Part shown: positions 47,171 through 61,344 of the stretch, in pieces | Position numbering within the stretch: the stretch's first letter is position 1 | How the letters are laid out: each line of letters opens with the position of its first letter | Assembly: GCA_010909165.1 (NCBI GenBank) | Contig: VJWM01000134.1 | Location: 310,001-374,000 of the forward strand | From: Anthoceros angustus | Lineage: Eukaryota; Plantae; Anthocerotophyta | DNA length: 64,000 nt | Direction: 5' to 3' | The notes under the pieces: model-generated | The model's database searches: none | Told to the model about the DNA's origin: nothing | Seen by the model: the letters and a program-made list of their open reading frames with translations, nothing else | Translations under genes and position numbers: made by a program

Positions 47171-48481
47171 TCAAAACTGACTCGTGTGCTCCCTCACACT
47201 TTCACAATCCCCAGTGAGGCGGAAGGATGGACCGACCGGATGCGGGTGCATCACGACCTTGATGCAGCCATCCGCCTTGTCGTTGAAGATGTTGTACATT
47301 TCGGGCGCCTGGTCCAGGTCCGGCTGGTGGGTGATGACCATGGTGGGGTCCAGCTCCCCCTTCTCCACCATCCCGAGCAGCTTGTCCCAGTACTTCTGCA
47401 CGGGTGTCTGCCCCCCGCGCGCGGTCTCGCTCTTCTCCATCAAGGCCCCGATGTTGAAGTGGTTGGTGAACCCGGCATAAGCCCCGATCACAGACACCCG
47501 CCCGCCCTTCCGCACGGTGCAGATGATCTCGTTCAGCATCTCGGACGGGTCCGTCTCCAGCCCGGTCGCCACCTCCGCCTTGTGCTTCAACGTATGCATG
47601 TAGTGCATCCCTACAGCCTCGATCCCGACGTCCACCCCCCGGGGACACTCCCGCCGCACCGCATCGTACACCTTCTCCTTCTGAAAATTCACCGTCCTCA
47701 CAAACGGCAGCTTCTTCTTGGCATGATCCAGCCGGTACTCCACCTCGTCGATGAGGAACACAACCCTGGCTCCCCTCACCTTCGCGCAGTGCGCCGCCAG
47801 AATCCCCACAGGTCCGCACCCCCGGATGGCAACGCTGTCGCCCTCCCCGACCTCCCCCATCTCGTTCGCGTGCCACGCCGTGGGGAGGATGTCGGAGAGA
47901 AAGATGGCCTTCTCGTCGGGGAGTTCGCCCGGGACCTTGAGCAAGTTCACGTCCGCGATCGGCACGCGCACGAAGTCCGCCTGCCCCCCCTGCCAGCCTC
48001 CCGTCATGTGCGAGTACCCGAAGAAGCCCGCGGTGCGGTCCCCGTAGAGCGCCGCCTCGTCCTGGCTGTCGTTGGTGTTGTCGCAGCAGGAGAAGAGCTG
48101 GTGCTCGCAGAAGAAACACTCCCCGCAGGCGATGTCGAAGCAGGCCACCACCCGGTCTCCCTGCTTGAAGTTTCGGACCCCCGGCCCGACCTCCTCCACG
48201 ATCCCCATGAACTCGTGCCCCATCACATCCCCGGCTTCCATCCCCGGCATGGCTCCCACGTACAGATGCAGGTCGGAGCCGCAGATGGCCGTGCTCGTTA
48301 CTTTGAGGATGACATCCCGCGGGTCCGTCACCACCGGCCGAGGCCGATTCGAGTTCACCTTCACGCTCTTCTTGCCGTGCCACTCCACGGCTCGCATTTG
48401 CCGAGAAGTGTCCACCTTCGGCTTGATGGCCACGATCGGCTTCTCCCTCACCTCCACCCTCCCTGTGATTGCCTTCTCCAT
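47171..48481 (-). CDS. Zinc-dependent medium-chain dehydrogenase (formaldehyde dehydrogenase-like, FDH-like/YbdR type), intronless
   Basis: TAICGSDLH, GHEFMG, structural Zn motif CGECFFC......CC, GYSHMTGGWQGGQA, LSDILPTAW, GCGPVG and GGQTPVQKYW. Very high GC3. ATG 48481 assumed. Confidence 0.9.
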   Translation of the reverse strand: MEKAITGRVEVREKPIVAIKPKVDTSRQMRAVEWHGKKSVKVNSNRPRPVVTDPRDVILKVTSTAICGSDLHLYVGAMPGMEAGDVMGHEFMGIVEEVGPGVRNFKQGDRVVACFDIACGECFFCEHQLFSCCDNTNDSQDEAALYGDRTAGFFGYSHMTGGWQGGQADFVRVPIADVNLLKVPGELPDEKAIFLSDILPTAWHANEMGEVGEGDSVAIRGCGPVGILAAHCAKVRGARVVFLIDEVEYRLDHAKKKLPFVRTVNFQKEKVYDAVRRECPRGVDVGIEAVGMHYMHTLKHKAEVATGLETDPSEMLNEIICTVRKGGRVSVIGAYAGFTNHFNIGALMEKSETARGGQTPVQKYWDKLLGMVEKGELDPTMVITHQPDLDQAPEMYNIFNDKADGCIKVVMHPHPVGPSFRLTGDCESVREHTSQF

Positions 48482-49140
48482 GGCTTTTCTCGATTCACGA
48501 TTCAGCTGCACTCGCAACCCAGTGGAGATCCTGCCACAGATCTACAATGCCTGTGATTGTTCACGACCCGCTTCAGGTCCTGCGAGCGAGGGTTACACGC
48601 AGAAGAAGAGGAGAATTCACGACTGGCTACAACCAAGAGATGCTGAATTCGTCCCATGATAAATGCTTGCCACACCGGCCAGATGCCTGGAGTGGCCATG
48701 CAAAGTGGCGGCTCCAGCAGCTGCCAACTCCTTGCTACAACTGGACGTCTTGGCAGGCAGCGCATGTCACTGTTGATCGCATTACACCGAGTCACAACGA
48801 CAAGCGAGCTTGTTATTGCACGGTTTAATGTATAGACTACCTAGGTTAAAGGGTTTAAGTGGGGACCCTTTTTTCCTCCTGTGGACTTGCTCTTGTTGTG
48901 TCAGGACTCGGGGTTGCCGGGAGCCGGGAGCCGTGCAGAGTGAAAAGTAATGGGAAGTGAAAAGCGGAGGACGTTGGGTTGCGAATGAGCCTGGAGGCCG
49001 GCTGACAAATTCTACCTGCTCCCACATTCCCGGCCAATCCAGCTGCTTAATTCGTCTTGCTCCTCTGGCACTTGCTGTCGGATGCCTCTGGAGACTGGAA
49101 GTGGCTTTTCTCGAGCGCGCTCGAGCTCGGGAGCGGCAGG

Positions 49141-52100
49141 ATGGAGGTTGCAAGCGGATCCGGGGTGTTGCCGTCATTGCAGGTGGGTGTTGCGCAGCAA
49201 TCCGGGCTTGGGCTGGCCGGGGCCGGGGTGTTGCGCTGCTAATTCGGGTGTTGCTGGTGCAGAGGCCCAGATTCACCACCACCTTGAAGGCCTTCACAGG
49301 AACCGACACCCTGTTTGATATCGATCAGGAGTACCTTGCCCGGAAGGCGGTATTGCTGAAGAAGAAGCGGCAGAGGTTGGTCAATGTTAGCTTTTCGGAA
49401 TGTGGAGCGGGTTTTCCGCCCCGCTGATTAAGGGAATTTGAGCACGTTAGTATGACTGATGGTGTGCACCGTGCGTGCGCGCAGGACTGTGGTGGAAGTG
49501 GTAGGACATTCCGAACTTGCGAGGAAACTTGTTGGAGCTTGGGAGACAGGTTAGGAGCTTTGTGTCTCGTTTTTGGAAATCTTTTGTGGTTGAGTGTCGG
49601 GGTTGGGGGGCTCAGGAAGCTGTTGTGTACCAGCACCTGCAAAGGTTCGACAGGCCTATGAGGACTATCTGAAAGCTACAGCAGAGTTGATAGATGGAGA
49701 TATATCATCTCAGGAGCTCCAGCAGTCAGCCAGTATTATTTTTGATATGCTGGCTTCCGATTTCGCTGATGTTTACACTGTGCATTCGGCGAATGAGAAG
49801 AAGTTAGTGCTTCTGTCGTTGACTCTCATCTGGCAGACCCAGTCCCTCCTACTCGTTGTGTGTTGCGTCGAGGGAAGAATGCTGTAGCTCTGATTGTGAC
49901 ATTACCTTGGCAAGGTCTTTTATGCTTCTAACTGAAGGATGTAACCCTTGCAGGAAAGAACTGTTGGCGCTCTTTGGACATGTCTCCTCCGACATCTGCT
50001 TCCTCAAAACTGCTGAGCTTGCCAAGAAGCTTTGCAAGTGGAAAGCAGAGAACCCGGACAGGTTCTCAGAAATCGAGAGGGAGGGTGAGTCGAGTGCTTC
50101 TGTGCCGGAAGAGCAGCCTGAGTGGGGCGCCGAGGTATCTTTCAGAATGCCATCGGACGGGACCCAGGAGTGGAAGCAGCTCTTGGAGGAAGATGGCCTG
50201 GATGGGGGATGGCAGACGTTGTACACAGATACTGTCAGCAACTCTGATGTTGCAGGGCTGCTGACTTCTGGCGCTACTAGCAGACAAGGCAAAGAAGCAG
50301 CAAATGAGAAGGGTGCCACAGAGAAACCAGAGGGGGGCATCAGCTTGAGGTACTTCAAGCAACTGTGTGATCAAGTGGTGCAGTCACAGGGTGGAGCGCA
50401 TCTGTCTGGCGACGAGCTAGCCCTGGCCCTGGCCAGGGTATTGGACTCCGAGCGTTCAGGCGACGAGGTAGGCCTTGAATTTGTTGATTGCAACAGTGCT
50501 GAAGTGTAGTATTGCGGAAGTATGCTTTCTGAGAGAGCGATATTACACTTTATTTGCATCTTGCGTACTTGCTTCTAAAATTTTCGCGGTCTTGTTGTCA
50601 TCAGATTGCCGGTGAGCTATTTGACCTGATTGGAGATGGAGGCTTTGAGCTCATCCAAGAGCTTTTGCAGGCATGTTCCGGTCTTCAACAACATGATTCT
50701 ACTAGTAGTACCCATGGCTTTCTGGTTCTTCTCATGGTGAATGTCCTCTAAGTGAAGCCTGCTCCTGCTTGGATATTTCCAGAACCGAAAGGAGCTAACT
50801 GATCTTATGCACAAAGCACTCTCCATTTTGAAGAATGAGAAGATGGTGTCAAGTGCTGAATCCCGAATGCCCAGCTACGGCACTCAGGTAGGTTTCTTTT
50901 CCCCTGCAGTTGACTTGATTTGCAGGTTGATGGAGGACGAGCAAACTCTTTCTATACACAGTGGGATGATGAGGTCTGTCATCTGACTTTATAGGTCAGT
51001 GTCCACACAAGTTCTGACAAAATTATGGGCAAGCTTCGTCGGAAGGAAGAGAAGCGAGTTGCACGTCGTCTGCAGCATGTCAATGGAGCCTCCGACTCTG
51101 AGGGCTTAGCCAGCATTGATACCTTTTCGGCTCTCATAGAGGCTTCTGACAGGGAACCTACTCCTGGGATCGATGCTCTGATTGGCAAAGGTAATCCAGG
51201 AATCGTTAACTTTGCTGGAACAGCTCTCCCTCAAGGATCAGCGCGCAAAGTGTTCAAGGGATATGAGGAGATTAGGGTTCCAGCAATACCAACAGCTGCT
51301 CTGAATCCTGATGAAAAACTGGTACAGCACAAGCATCTCTCAAAATATGGCAGTATTTATTGCCAGATATATTTCTCTTATGTCCAGCCACCTTCTCCGC
51401 TCAGCTTTGCTTTACATCATATTCTTTGCTGGCAGGTTAATATCTCTGACCTTGATGAGTTTGCACAAGCTGCGTTCGAAGGATACAAGACACTTAATAG
51501 AACACAAAGTCGTGTCTTTCATACTGCTTACCACACGAACGAAAATATCCTGGTGAGTAGCCCTGCCTTTGCTGTAACTGTATATTTCTGGAAAGTGTAG
51601 GTAGGTGTTGTCAAGGCACCTGGTACTCTATCAGCTTGTTCCCCAAGTGGTTTCTCATTCTCGCGCTGGGTTCTTGATGACGTTCCTGAGAAACTTTTGG
51701 CTAACGGGATTAGGTCTTCAGGTTTGTGCTCCTACTGGAGCTGGGAAGACAAATATTGCCATGACTGCAATTCTACATGAGGTAGGTAAAGGGGCTCGTG
51801 TCATGCAGCTTTCTTACCTGTCTGTTTCATTGGCCTGGTCGTTTATGTTATTCCATGGATCTCGGCTGGCAGATTGGGCAGAACATCATATACGGAGTTT
51901 TGCAAAAGAACAGATTTAAGATTGTATATGTGGCCCCAATGAAGGTTCGTTGGAGAAGTTTCGTGTTTGTCTACACCTGTAGTTTATCCAAGCGTCAGCT
52001 TTCAGTGGAAGCCAGTCCTCTGCAGAGAATGTGAGGTAAACATGTGTCCATTTTATTGCAGGCACTGGCTGCAGAAGTGACATCAGCTTTCAGCAAAAGG

Positions 52101-55100
52101 CTTGCCCCTTTAGGTATCACTGTCAAAGAATTGACAGGTGATATGCAGTTGAGCAAGCGGGAGATTGAAGAGACTCAGGTTATATTTTGCACCTCAACTC
52201 GTCACATTTGTTTGTAGTGTTTTCTACTGATTGGTCTTTAACATAAGAGGCAACAGTGATCTATGTTTTGTCAGGGGAGCTTTAACTAACTGCAGGCCTT
52301 TGGCAGATGATTGTAACAACTCCTGAGAAATGGGATGTCATTACTCGGAAAAGTAGTGACATTGCAGTGGCAGCTCTTGTGAAGCTGCTGATTATCGATG
52401 AAGTCCATCTGCTCAATGATGATCGAGGGCCTGTAATCGAGACTATAGTGGCTCGTACACTTCGACAGGTAGAACTCTGATGGTAATGCTAGGTGCTACG
52501 TATCGTTTTTCACATTGTTGGAGTGTGGAAGGGGCTGTTGGTTGTTGTCAACTGGAATTGACCATGGACATACTGTGAACACCTTGTTGTAGGTGGAAAC
52601 CACTCAGAACATGATTCGGATTGTAGGCCTGTCTGCTACTCTACCAAATTACTTGGAGGTAATCTTGGTAGTTGGTTGAGATGCACATTTGTAGCTCGGA
52701 AAGGTGAAGGACGTGAAGCAAAAATACTCCATTGCTGTGGAGCTGTTTCAAAAGATGTGCTCTGAGCAAAGTGCTTTACATTGTTTTGCTCAGGTAGCCC
52801 GATTTCTGAGGGTAAACCAAGACACTGGCCTCTTTTACTTTGATGCAAGTTACCGGCCTGTACCTCTTGCCCAACAGTACATTGGCGTGAGTGAGCCCAA
52901 TATTGTCAACAGGAACAATCTAATGAACGAAATTTGCTACAATAAGGTGATGAAATCTGTCATGGGTCAAGCTTACCCGGATGCTTTAGTGGGGAGAACT
53001 GTGTGCAAGGGAGGGCTGATTTATGCTGTGGCTGCAGATCCTTGATGCAGTCAAGCATGGACATCAAGCTATGGTCTTTGTTCATTCACGGAAGGATACT
53101 GTTAAAACAGCTCGCATTCTGGTAGTTCTTGTCTACATATCCCATCCTTACTACAGGTGTGTTTTTCCCTTGGATCTTCTCTTTGAGTTTTCACTCATGG
53201 TTTGCTCCTTTTTCAGGTCGAGTTTGCACAAAGGGGTGGTGAAATTGACCTGTTCGTAAATGAGGATCACCCTCAGTATGGGATTATCAAGGCACGTTGT
53301 GTTTCTTTCATTTGGCCTGCAGCTCAGCTCACCTGTTTTTGTCACAGCCACAGGAGGGCTGATGGTTGTTGGCACAATTTTCTCAAACAGAAGGACGTGT
53401 CGAAGTCTAGAAACAGAGAACTAGCTGAGCTTGTACAGTCTGGGTTTGGAGTGCACCATGCTGGTATGTTGCGGTCAGATCGAAATTTGACAGAGCGCCT
53501 GTTTTCAGAAGGATTTCTGAAGGTAAGTTGTTTGATTGGACCACTTTGTTTGTGAACATCCTACAGTGCAGGCCTGATCATCCAGAAAGTGCAAAAACTC
53601 ATCACTGTGGACCAATGCTCAGGTGCTTGTTTGCACGGCTACATTAGCTTGGGGTGTGAACTTGCCAGCACATATGGTTGTCATCAAGGTGCCTCATCCT
53701 TTCCTCATATCAGATTTCTCAAAGATCAGGACCTGGATGTCCATGCAGATGAGATTCATGTTCATGCGTGCTGTAATTGCAGGGCACCCAACTGTATGAT
53801 CCAAAAGCTGGAGGTTTTCGAGAGCTTGGCATGTTAGATGTCTTACAGGTTGAGGTTTATGTGCTTAATGTGTTATTGAAGTAGTTCCTGCCAGCATAGT
53901 TTGAGAGCAGACAATTGTCTTGTTGATTCAGATCTTCGGACGCGCTGGCCGTCCACAATTTGATACAAGTGGAGAAGGCATTATCATTACGACACACAAC
54001 CAGTTGGCACGCTACTTGTCACTGATGACACACCAAATGCCCATTGAAAGCCAAGTTTGTCTTCTCTCCTCCAGGATTTCAGTTATAAGCTGTTGACAGT
54101 TCTGCATTGGAAGGATGAGAGATGGGGGGTTGTTTCTCAGGCCAGTGTATTATGGTTGTTTCTCTGAAACAGTTTGTCAGCTCGCTGAAGGATAACCTGA
54201 ATGCCGAGGTAGTTTTGGGCACTGTGTCAAATGTTCGTGAGGCCACTGCGTGGTTGGGCTACACATACCTCTTCGTGAGAATGTCATCGAATCCTCTTGT
54301 ATATGGAATGACTTGGGAGGAGGTATCACACTCTTCTCTCTTTTCTCATCATGTCCTGTAGTGTAAGTGCAAGAAACAAGGCTTGCTAGTGGGGTCTGCT
54401 TAAATTGAACAAGTGATACACTGAGCAGTACTTGGAGGATATGGACACAAGTCAGCCCTCGAGATGGGTTGTCATCTGAGATACGTCATGTTGAATGTAG
54501 GTGTTGATGGATACAGAGTTAACTGCCAAACGGAAGGCGCTGATAACAGAAGCTGCTCGGGCTCTAGACAAGGCAAAGATGATGCGGTTTGATGAGAAGA
54601 GTGGGAACTTGTACTTCACAGATCTTGGCCGTGTAGCTAGCCACTTCTACGTGCAGTATAGAAGTGTGGAGACTTACAACGAAATGCTTAAGCAGCATAT
54701 GAATGAGAGTGAGGTTGTCCCTTGTGAATGCGCTGAAGTTTGATGTCATACTTGAGAATGATTGGAAGCTCAAGAAAGATAAAAGTGAAGACTTAACTGT
54801 GACGTTTTCTGCATTGTAGGTCCTTCATCTCGTCGCTCATTCCTCCGAGTTTGAGAACATAGTGGTGAGAGAAGAAGAGCAACAAGAGCTTGCCAGTCTA
54901 ATGCACAATCTCTGTCCTATGGAGGTTCGCGGTGGACCTGAAGACAAATTCGGGAAGATAAATATACTAATACAGGTGAAATGTCTGCTGCATACAGAAA
55001 TGGTGGTGTTGAACTGTACATTGTTATCCCCATCTCAGATTGCTCATGGAGCTGCAGAATGGCAACTAAGAGTAGACATTGGATATTTAACATGTTATTC

Positions 55101-58100
55101 TCTCCAGTTTGTCGAGTGTCCAACTAACGTAAAAGCTGGAGATGGCAGATATACATATCTAGAGCGTATATTGCAGGCTTCTCTTTGGTAGCAGACAGTG
55201 CCTACATTAGCGCCAGTTTAGGTCGAATTATGAGGGCTCTTTTTGAGATCTGTCTCCAACGCGGATGGTGCTCTATGGCTGCCTTGCTTCTAGAGTATTG
55301 CAAGGCTGTAGATCGCAGGCTCTGGCCTCATCAACATCCTCTACGGCAGTTTGATGCTGTTCTTTCCCCTGAGGTTCCTCGCTTACAACTCTGCTTTCAT
55401 TTTCTTGAACTGTTCAGTAATTTGCAGAGTGTGACAATTGGAAATTCTGGGTGTTTGCCAGATTCTATCAAAGCTAGAGAATAGAGGGGCTGACATGGAC
55501 CGGCTATATGATATGGACGAGAAGGAAATGGGAGCCATTATCAACCATCCACATGCGGGAAAGGTACAGTATATTTCCCCTGCAGATCCTTTAGTCTCTT
55601 GAAGCATGCCGCAATTACTTGGTTTTCAGTCTGCACACCTGAGCATGGACATGGAACTGCCTCTTGCAGATGGTGATGCAATGTGTGCAACAATTTCCTC
55701 GAGTTGAGCTACTGACAAGAATAAGCCCCATTACTCGCACAGTCCTCCAGGTACGTTAGGGATCAACTTTCTTATTTCAATTTATTTGCAAGATGTAATT
55801 GAAGTGGCACTTTCAAAGGTCGTGACATATCTGAGTTTCTCACTGTGACGTTACTGATGTCAACACGGCATGTTTGTTGCTTCGTGTTCACAACAGGTCT
55901 CTCTTACAATCTCTCCGGACTTTACATGGAAGGATCGTGTCCATGGTGCAACCGAAAGATGGTGGATATGGGTGGAGGTGTGTATCTCAGATTTGTCCCC
56001 TGGTCATCTTGTGTCTCACCTCTGTGTAAAGCATATGGGGTGAAGAGATTTCAAATCTGTTTGCCATCTGAGGCGGCAGAGAGAGAAAACTATTATCTTT
56101 TATTATCTGATTCACAGGACTCTGAGAACGAGCACATATACCATTCCGAGCTGTTCTCTCTTTCAAAGAAAATGATGCTAGAAGGAGGCCATTCTATCTC
56201 CTTCACAATTCCCATCTTTGAACCGTTGCCTTCACAATATTATGTCCGAGCCATCTCAGATTCGTGGTTGCAAGCTATGACTGTGCACACCGTGTCATTT
56301 CAGCATCTCATCCTGCCAGAGGTAGGTCATGATTGACCTCAAACTATGTTTGGATTATTTGGTTACATTTTCTGCTCTCTGTCTGATCAGACAGAGGATT
56401 CTTGTTCTTTGATGTGCAGCTCCATCCTCCACACACAGAGTTGCTCGATTTGAGACCACTTCCAGTTTCTGCAGTAGGAAACAAGGCGTTTGAGAGCATT
56501 TACAAGTTTTCTCATTTTAACCCGATTCAGACACAGGTGCTGAACGTCACTATGTTGATGGACTAGGCAGTTTGTCGACCTGCAAGATGTTCAGTTAGTG
56601 ATCTTGGATGTGCTCCATGGCTTTAATTGCAGGCATTCCATACTCTTTATCACACAAGCACGAACGTACTTCTAGGTGCACCAACAGGCAGTGGCAAGAC
56701 AATATCAGCTGAGCTAGCTATGATGCATCTTTTCAACACTCAGCCTGACATGAAGGTTGACCTCTTTTCAACATCTATGAATTTTGCTCGGTTTCCTTCA
56801 CTCTCTTGACGCACGGATGATATTTGTCATTTGCAATTTACAGGTTATTTATATAGCTCCTCTAAAGGCTTTGGTTCGGGAGCGGCGGGAAAATTGGCAG
56901 AAGGGCCTTATGCCTGCTCTTGGGAAACGAATGGTGCAGTTTGCTCATCATCACTGACTTCGGAATCATTTTGCTAGTTCAAGATGTGGATCAGTAGTTA
57001 GTTTCAGTCACTCATGCTTCAGATTTTAATTCTTGAGCTCAGGTGACACAGACTAAACCATCATACCGGATTTTCCAGGTAGAGCTAACTGGAGATTTGA
57101 CACCAGACCTTTTAGCACTTCTTGCAGCGGATGTTATACTCTGTACCCCTGAGAAATGGGATGGTATCAGCCGAAATTGGCAGAATCGGAAGTACGTCAC
57201 TAAGGTATCACGCTGCACTCTTCTATCCCAGGCATGCACTCAAGATAGATCTGGCCACAATGTTTGCATGTGTTTCACACCTTTTTTGGACTTTTCAAGA
57301 AGGTGGCTTCCATTTGAAATTGTTTGTAGGTGGGACTGATTGTGATTGATGAGATCCACCTACTTGGAGCTGATCGTGGGCCGGTGCTGGAGGTTCTTGC
57401 AACTTAACCCGCCTATGTTTCATGTTGCAGAAAACAAGACACTCATTTGTATGTCTCATGTCTTGTAGTCTGGTACTCCATACAGGTGATTGTCTCACGG
57501 ATGCGGTATATATCTTCTCAGACAGATCGTCCAGTGCGGTTCATCGGATTATCCACTGCTTTGGCAAATGCTCGGTATAAGTTGCACATGCTGTTCGTTG
57601 CAGTGAATCTGATAGTCTGTGTTCACTAGCTCAAGCAGGCTACATCCTGGTTCTGAGGAGTTTTCACTCACAGGGACTTAGCAGATTGGCTTGGAATTGA
57701 AGAGACTGGGCTTTTCAACTTCAAACCAAGTGTTCGACCAGTGCCCCTGGAAGTGCACATACAAGTATGGCTCACCCATGTGAATTTAATCTTGAAAGGT
57801 GTTGAGGGTGGACCTCGAAGATACTGACTCGTGTATGATTGGTATCAGGGATTTCCAGGAAAATTCTACTGCCCACGGATGAACAGCATGAACAAACCTG
57901 CATATGCTGCTATCAATACTCACTCTCCTTTAAAACCTGTGCTAATCTTTGTCTCCTCCCGTCGCCAGACTCGGCTTACTGCACTTGACTTGATACAGGT
58001 TCTAAGATGTCAATCCTTCTGTTCTTTAAAGCTTTGTAATAAAAGCTTAGTCTCTCGTGAGTAGGTGGAGATGTTTCATGTTACGTTCTTTGCATATGAT

Positions 58101-61100
58101 TCATGCACAGTATCATGGACAGCTTCAACAAGATAGATCTGTCCACGTTTGTGATACCAATTTGTTCCCCTTGGGTGCAGTATGCATCTGCAGACGAGCG
58201 ACCTCGCCAGTTTCTGAAGCTGTCGGAAGATGAAATTATGATGATTGTGGATCAGGTGTCTGACAGCAATTTGAAGCACACTCTGCAGTTTGGGATAGGA
58301 TTACACCATGCAGGCCTCAATGAGCGGGATCGGGCTTTTGCAGAGGAACTTTTCTTGAATAACAAGATTCAGGTACTTTCTGATGACAACTGACTTTAGT
58401 ACCATGCACATTAGGAAAAACGCTCAGTATGCTGTGGTAATTATCTTTCAGAAAAGCCGTGTTACCCATTGTTGATCCTGTTTTCTTGTTAAGATCTTTG
58501 ATTTGTTGTACAGATTCTGGTTTGCACAAGTACCCTTGCTTGGGGCGTCAACCTTCCAGCACATCTTGTGATAATCAAGGCAGGCCATATGGTTTATTTT
58601 CCTCTGTATGCACCTTTGAGCCCAGTAGTACATCATTAATGTCATTTTGATATTTGCTTCCAGGGTACTGAATATTATGAAGGGAAAGAGAAACGGTACA
58701 TCGACTACCCTATTACTGATGTTCTCCAGATGATGGGAAGGGCTGGTCGTCCGCAGTTTGATCAGTATGGCAAAGCTGTGATTCTTGTGCACGAGCCAAA
58801 GAAAAGTTTCTACAAAAAGGTGACAGTCAGTGTGTTGGTTTCTGTTGGAATTCTGGTATTGCTCAGGAGTGTACTGACACTCAGGATTGTTTTCAGTTTC
58901 TGTATGAACCATTTCCTGTTGAGAGCAGTCTTGCATCCCATCTGCATGACCACCTCAATGCAGAAGTGGCATCAGGCACAATCACCAGCAAGTCAGACGC
59001 AATCGACTATCTTACGTGGACCTACTTATTTCGGCGGCTGGTCTGCTCTTACCATCAACGTTTCTATATCTCTTTAAATAGTCAGCATTGTTGGAGTTCT
59101 GTTGTCTCGGTTCTGTGTAGGTTTTCAATCCAGCTTTAGACTTGGAGGGGAATCTCATGCTTGGACCTGCCCCTCATGACATATTTGGCTAATTACGGGT
59201 GCATTCCGTGGCAAACAGCTCAAGAACCCAAGCTACTACGGCGTTGAGGACAACACCAGTGCAGCCATCAATTCTCATCTATCCAGGCAAGGATTGAGTT
59301 TACCCATGGAATTTAAAGTGCTGCAGTTGCATGGTGGTTTGAGATGTTTCAGGATAAGAACTTGCAGTTGTTCGTGCTGAGCATAATGGTTAAAACTTCT
59401 GGTACCTGTTCAAAGCTCAAAATTGTACCCTGGTGTGTGCAGTTTAGTAGCAGATGCATTGCAAGACTTGGAGGATTCAGGGTGCTTACGCATTGATGAT
59501 GATGAGACAATTCAACCCCTGATGGCTGGCACAATCGCTTCTCAATATTACTTGAACTACACTACTGTAGCACTGTTCAGTGCCAATATTCGTGCAGACA
59601 TCTCTATCGAAGTATGTTTGGTCACTCCTCACTCAGAGTGGTTGTGGTCTGTTATACAGGGTCAAACCTTTGTGGAGTGGTAAGATTTTGTGTACCAATG
59701 CTCTGACAGCTTCAGATTGACTGCAGGCTTTGCTGCTTACCCTCTCTGGTGCTGCGGAGTATGATGAGTTACCAGTTCGCCATAATGAGGTCAAACCATC
59801 AGCTGTGGTTTATAACTAGCCATAGTCTGCATTAGTGCGCTTACGCTTTGTGTTAAATAGACATGCAGATCAGCTGAATTGGGTTACTGCAGGACAAGTT
59901 GAATGAAGCACTGTCGAAGGAGGTTCGTTTGCCAGTTGATGAGCGAATCCTGGATGATCCCCATGTCAAAACAAACCTATTGCTGCAGGCATGTCCTTCT
60001 TGACAACAAAGTTTGTTGAACCAAATGCAGTTCTTCCAAGGTTTGTGCTTTTGGGTAAATGTACTGCAATCCTGACAGTGATGCAAATCGCATGTGCGAA
60101 TACAGGCACATTTTTCCAGATTGGAGCTTCCCATTAGTGACTATGTAACCGACACGAAGTCAGTTCTGGATCAGAGCATAAGAATTTTGCAAGCCATGGT
60201 AGATATTGCTGCTAATGGTGGATGGTTGAAAACTGCTCTTGATACTATGCATCTTCTGCAAATGGTCATGCAGGTTCGATATGGTCCTTGACTTTTCTCG
60301 AACTGTTTTCATTGTTTTCGGTTTGTACGTGTCCTTCTTTCGATGTAAGGGCATGGGATCAAAATTAGTTGAATTACAGAGTTTTCTTGAAATTTGTTCA
60401 GGGCCTTTGGTGGGATGATTCTCCCTTGCAAATGATGCCACACATGGACAGTATGGTATTAGATGCGTTGATGGGGATAAACATCACGACAATGCCAGAA
60501 CTTTTGAAGACCACTGCAGATCGCCTACGGAAAACACTCCAACCTATACTACAAGCATCTGCGGTATCTGAAGTTATACAGGTTGGCAGTTAAAGCTGTT
60601 CTCGTTCATCCATAGCAAAGAAAGTGGATCTTCTGAAAGCGGAAGGCTGATTGGGATGAAATGTTTTTAACAGCTGTGATTGCTTTGCCTGAACACGTTT
60701 GAGCTTAGGCATGGACTGTATTCCCTCGTATTGAAACGAGGTGGGCATTTGAAAAGAATTCGGGAAATGGAGAATCCAGTAGTGACTCTTTGATGGACAT
60801 CACTCTTCGAAGAACAAATGCCCGTGGCACCAACTCGCGGGCATATGTGCCACGATTTCCAAAGGTCAAGATCAATTCGGTTTCAATGATGGTTGATAAG
60901 TTACCAATGAGTTATTGTCTCGCAGTTGGGCACCAACTATCCTATAATGATGGTTATCAAATCGCAGACAGAAAATACTGTCAAAGTTGAAACCACATCT
61001 GATGGATCTTGTTTGTCTATGGATTCCAAATTCCAGGTGAAGGATGAAGGCTGGTGGCTTGTTTTGGGAAATGTGAACACTTGGGAACTTCATGCTTTGA

Positions 61101-61344
61101 AACGCACTAGCTTTGGGAATGTGCTTCGTACCAGTTTTGTAATCCCTGATCGTCTACAAGTTCAGGTCAGTTTCTGGTCATTAGCCTAATTGTTGGCTAG
61201 AAGCCGTTGAAAGCTTAACGTGCTGAACCGTTATGTTGGACGTTGTGGCGGATGCAGGGCCTGACTTTGCTTCTAGTGTCAGATTGTTACTTGGGTGTGG
61301 ATGTTCAATATGAAGTGACATTGGAAAATAGCCCAAAGTTATGA
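49141..61344 (+). CDS. ASCC3: Ski2-like double-cassette DExH helicase, ASCC3/SLH1 ortholog (plant DExH14-like), roughly 50 short exons
   Basis: Exon 1 is 49141-49182, followed by RPRFT...FDIDQEYL. Two Walker A motifs ([18 protein letters not shown]), DEVH and DEIH motifs, two GRAGRPQFD motifs and Sec63 domains. The last exon 61258-61344 reads [15 protein letters not shown]...*. Confidence 0.95.

Noticed and set aside
47186-48556. 456-aa plus-strand ORF and 393-aa alternate-frame ORF
   Set aside because: Shadow ORFs caused by the high GC3 of the dehydrogenase.
49245-49265. Apparent non-AUG (GTG/TTG) start of the ASCC3-like helicase
   Set aside because: ATG 49141 plus a GT-AG intron 49183-49262 with a GCTAAT branch site gives a normal in-frame start.
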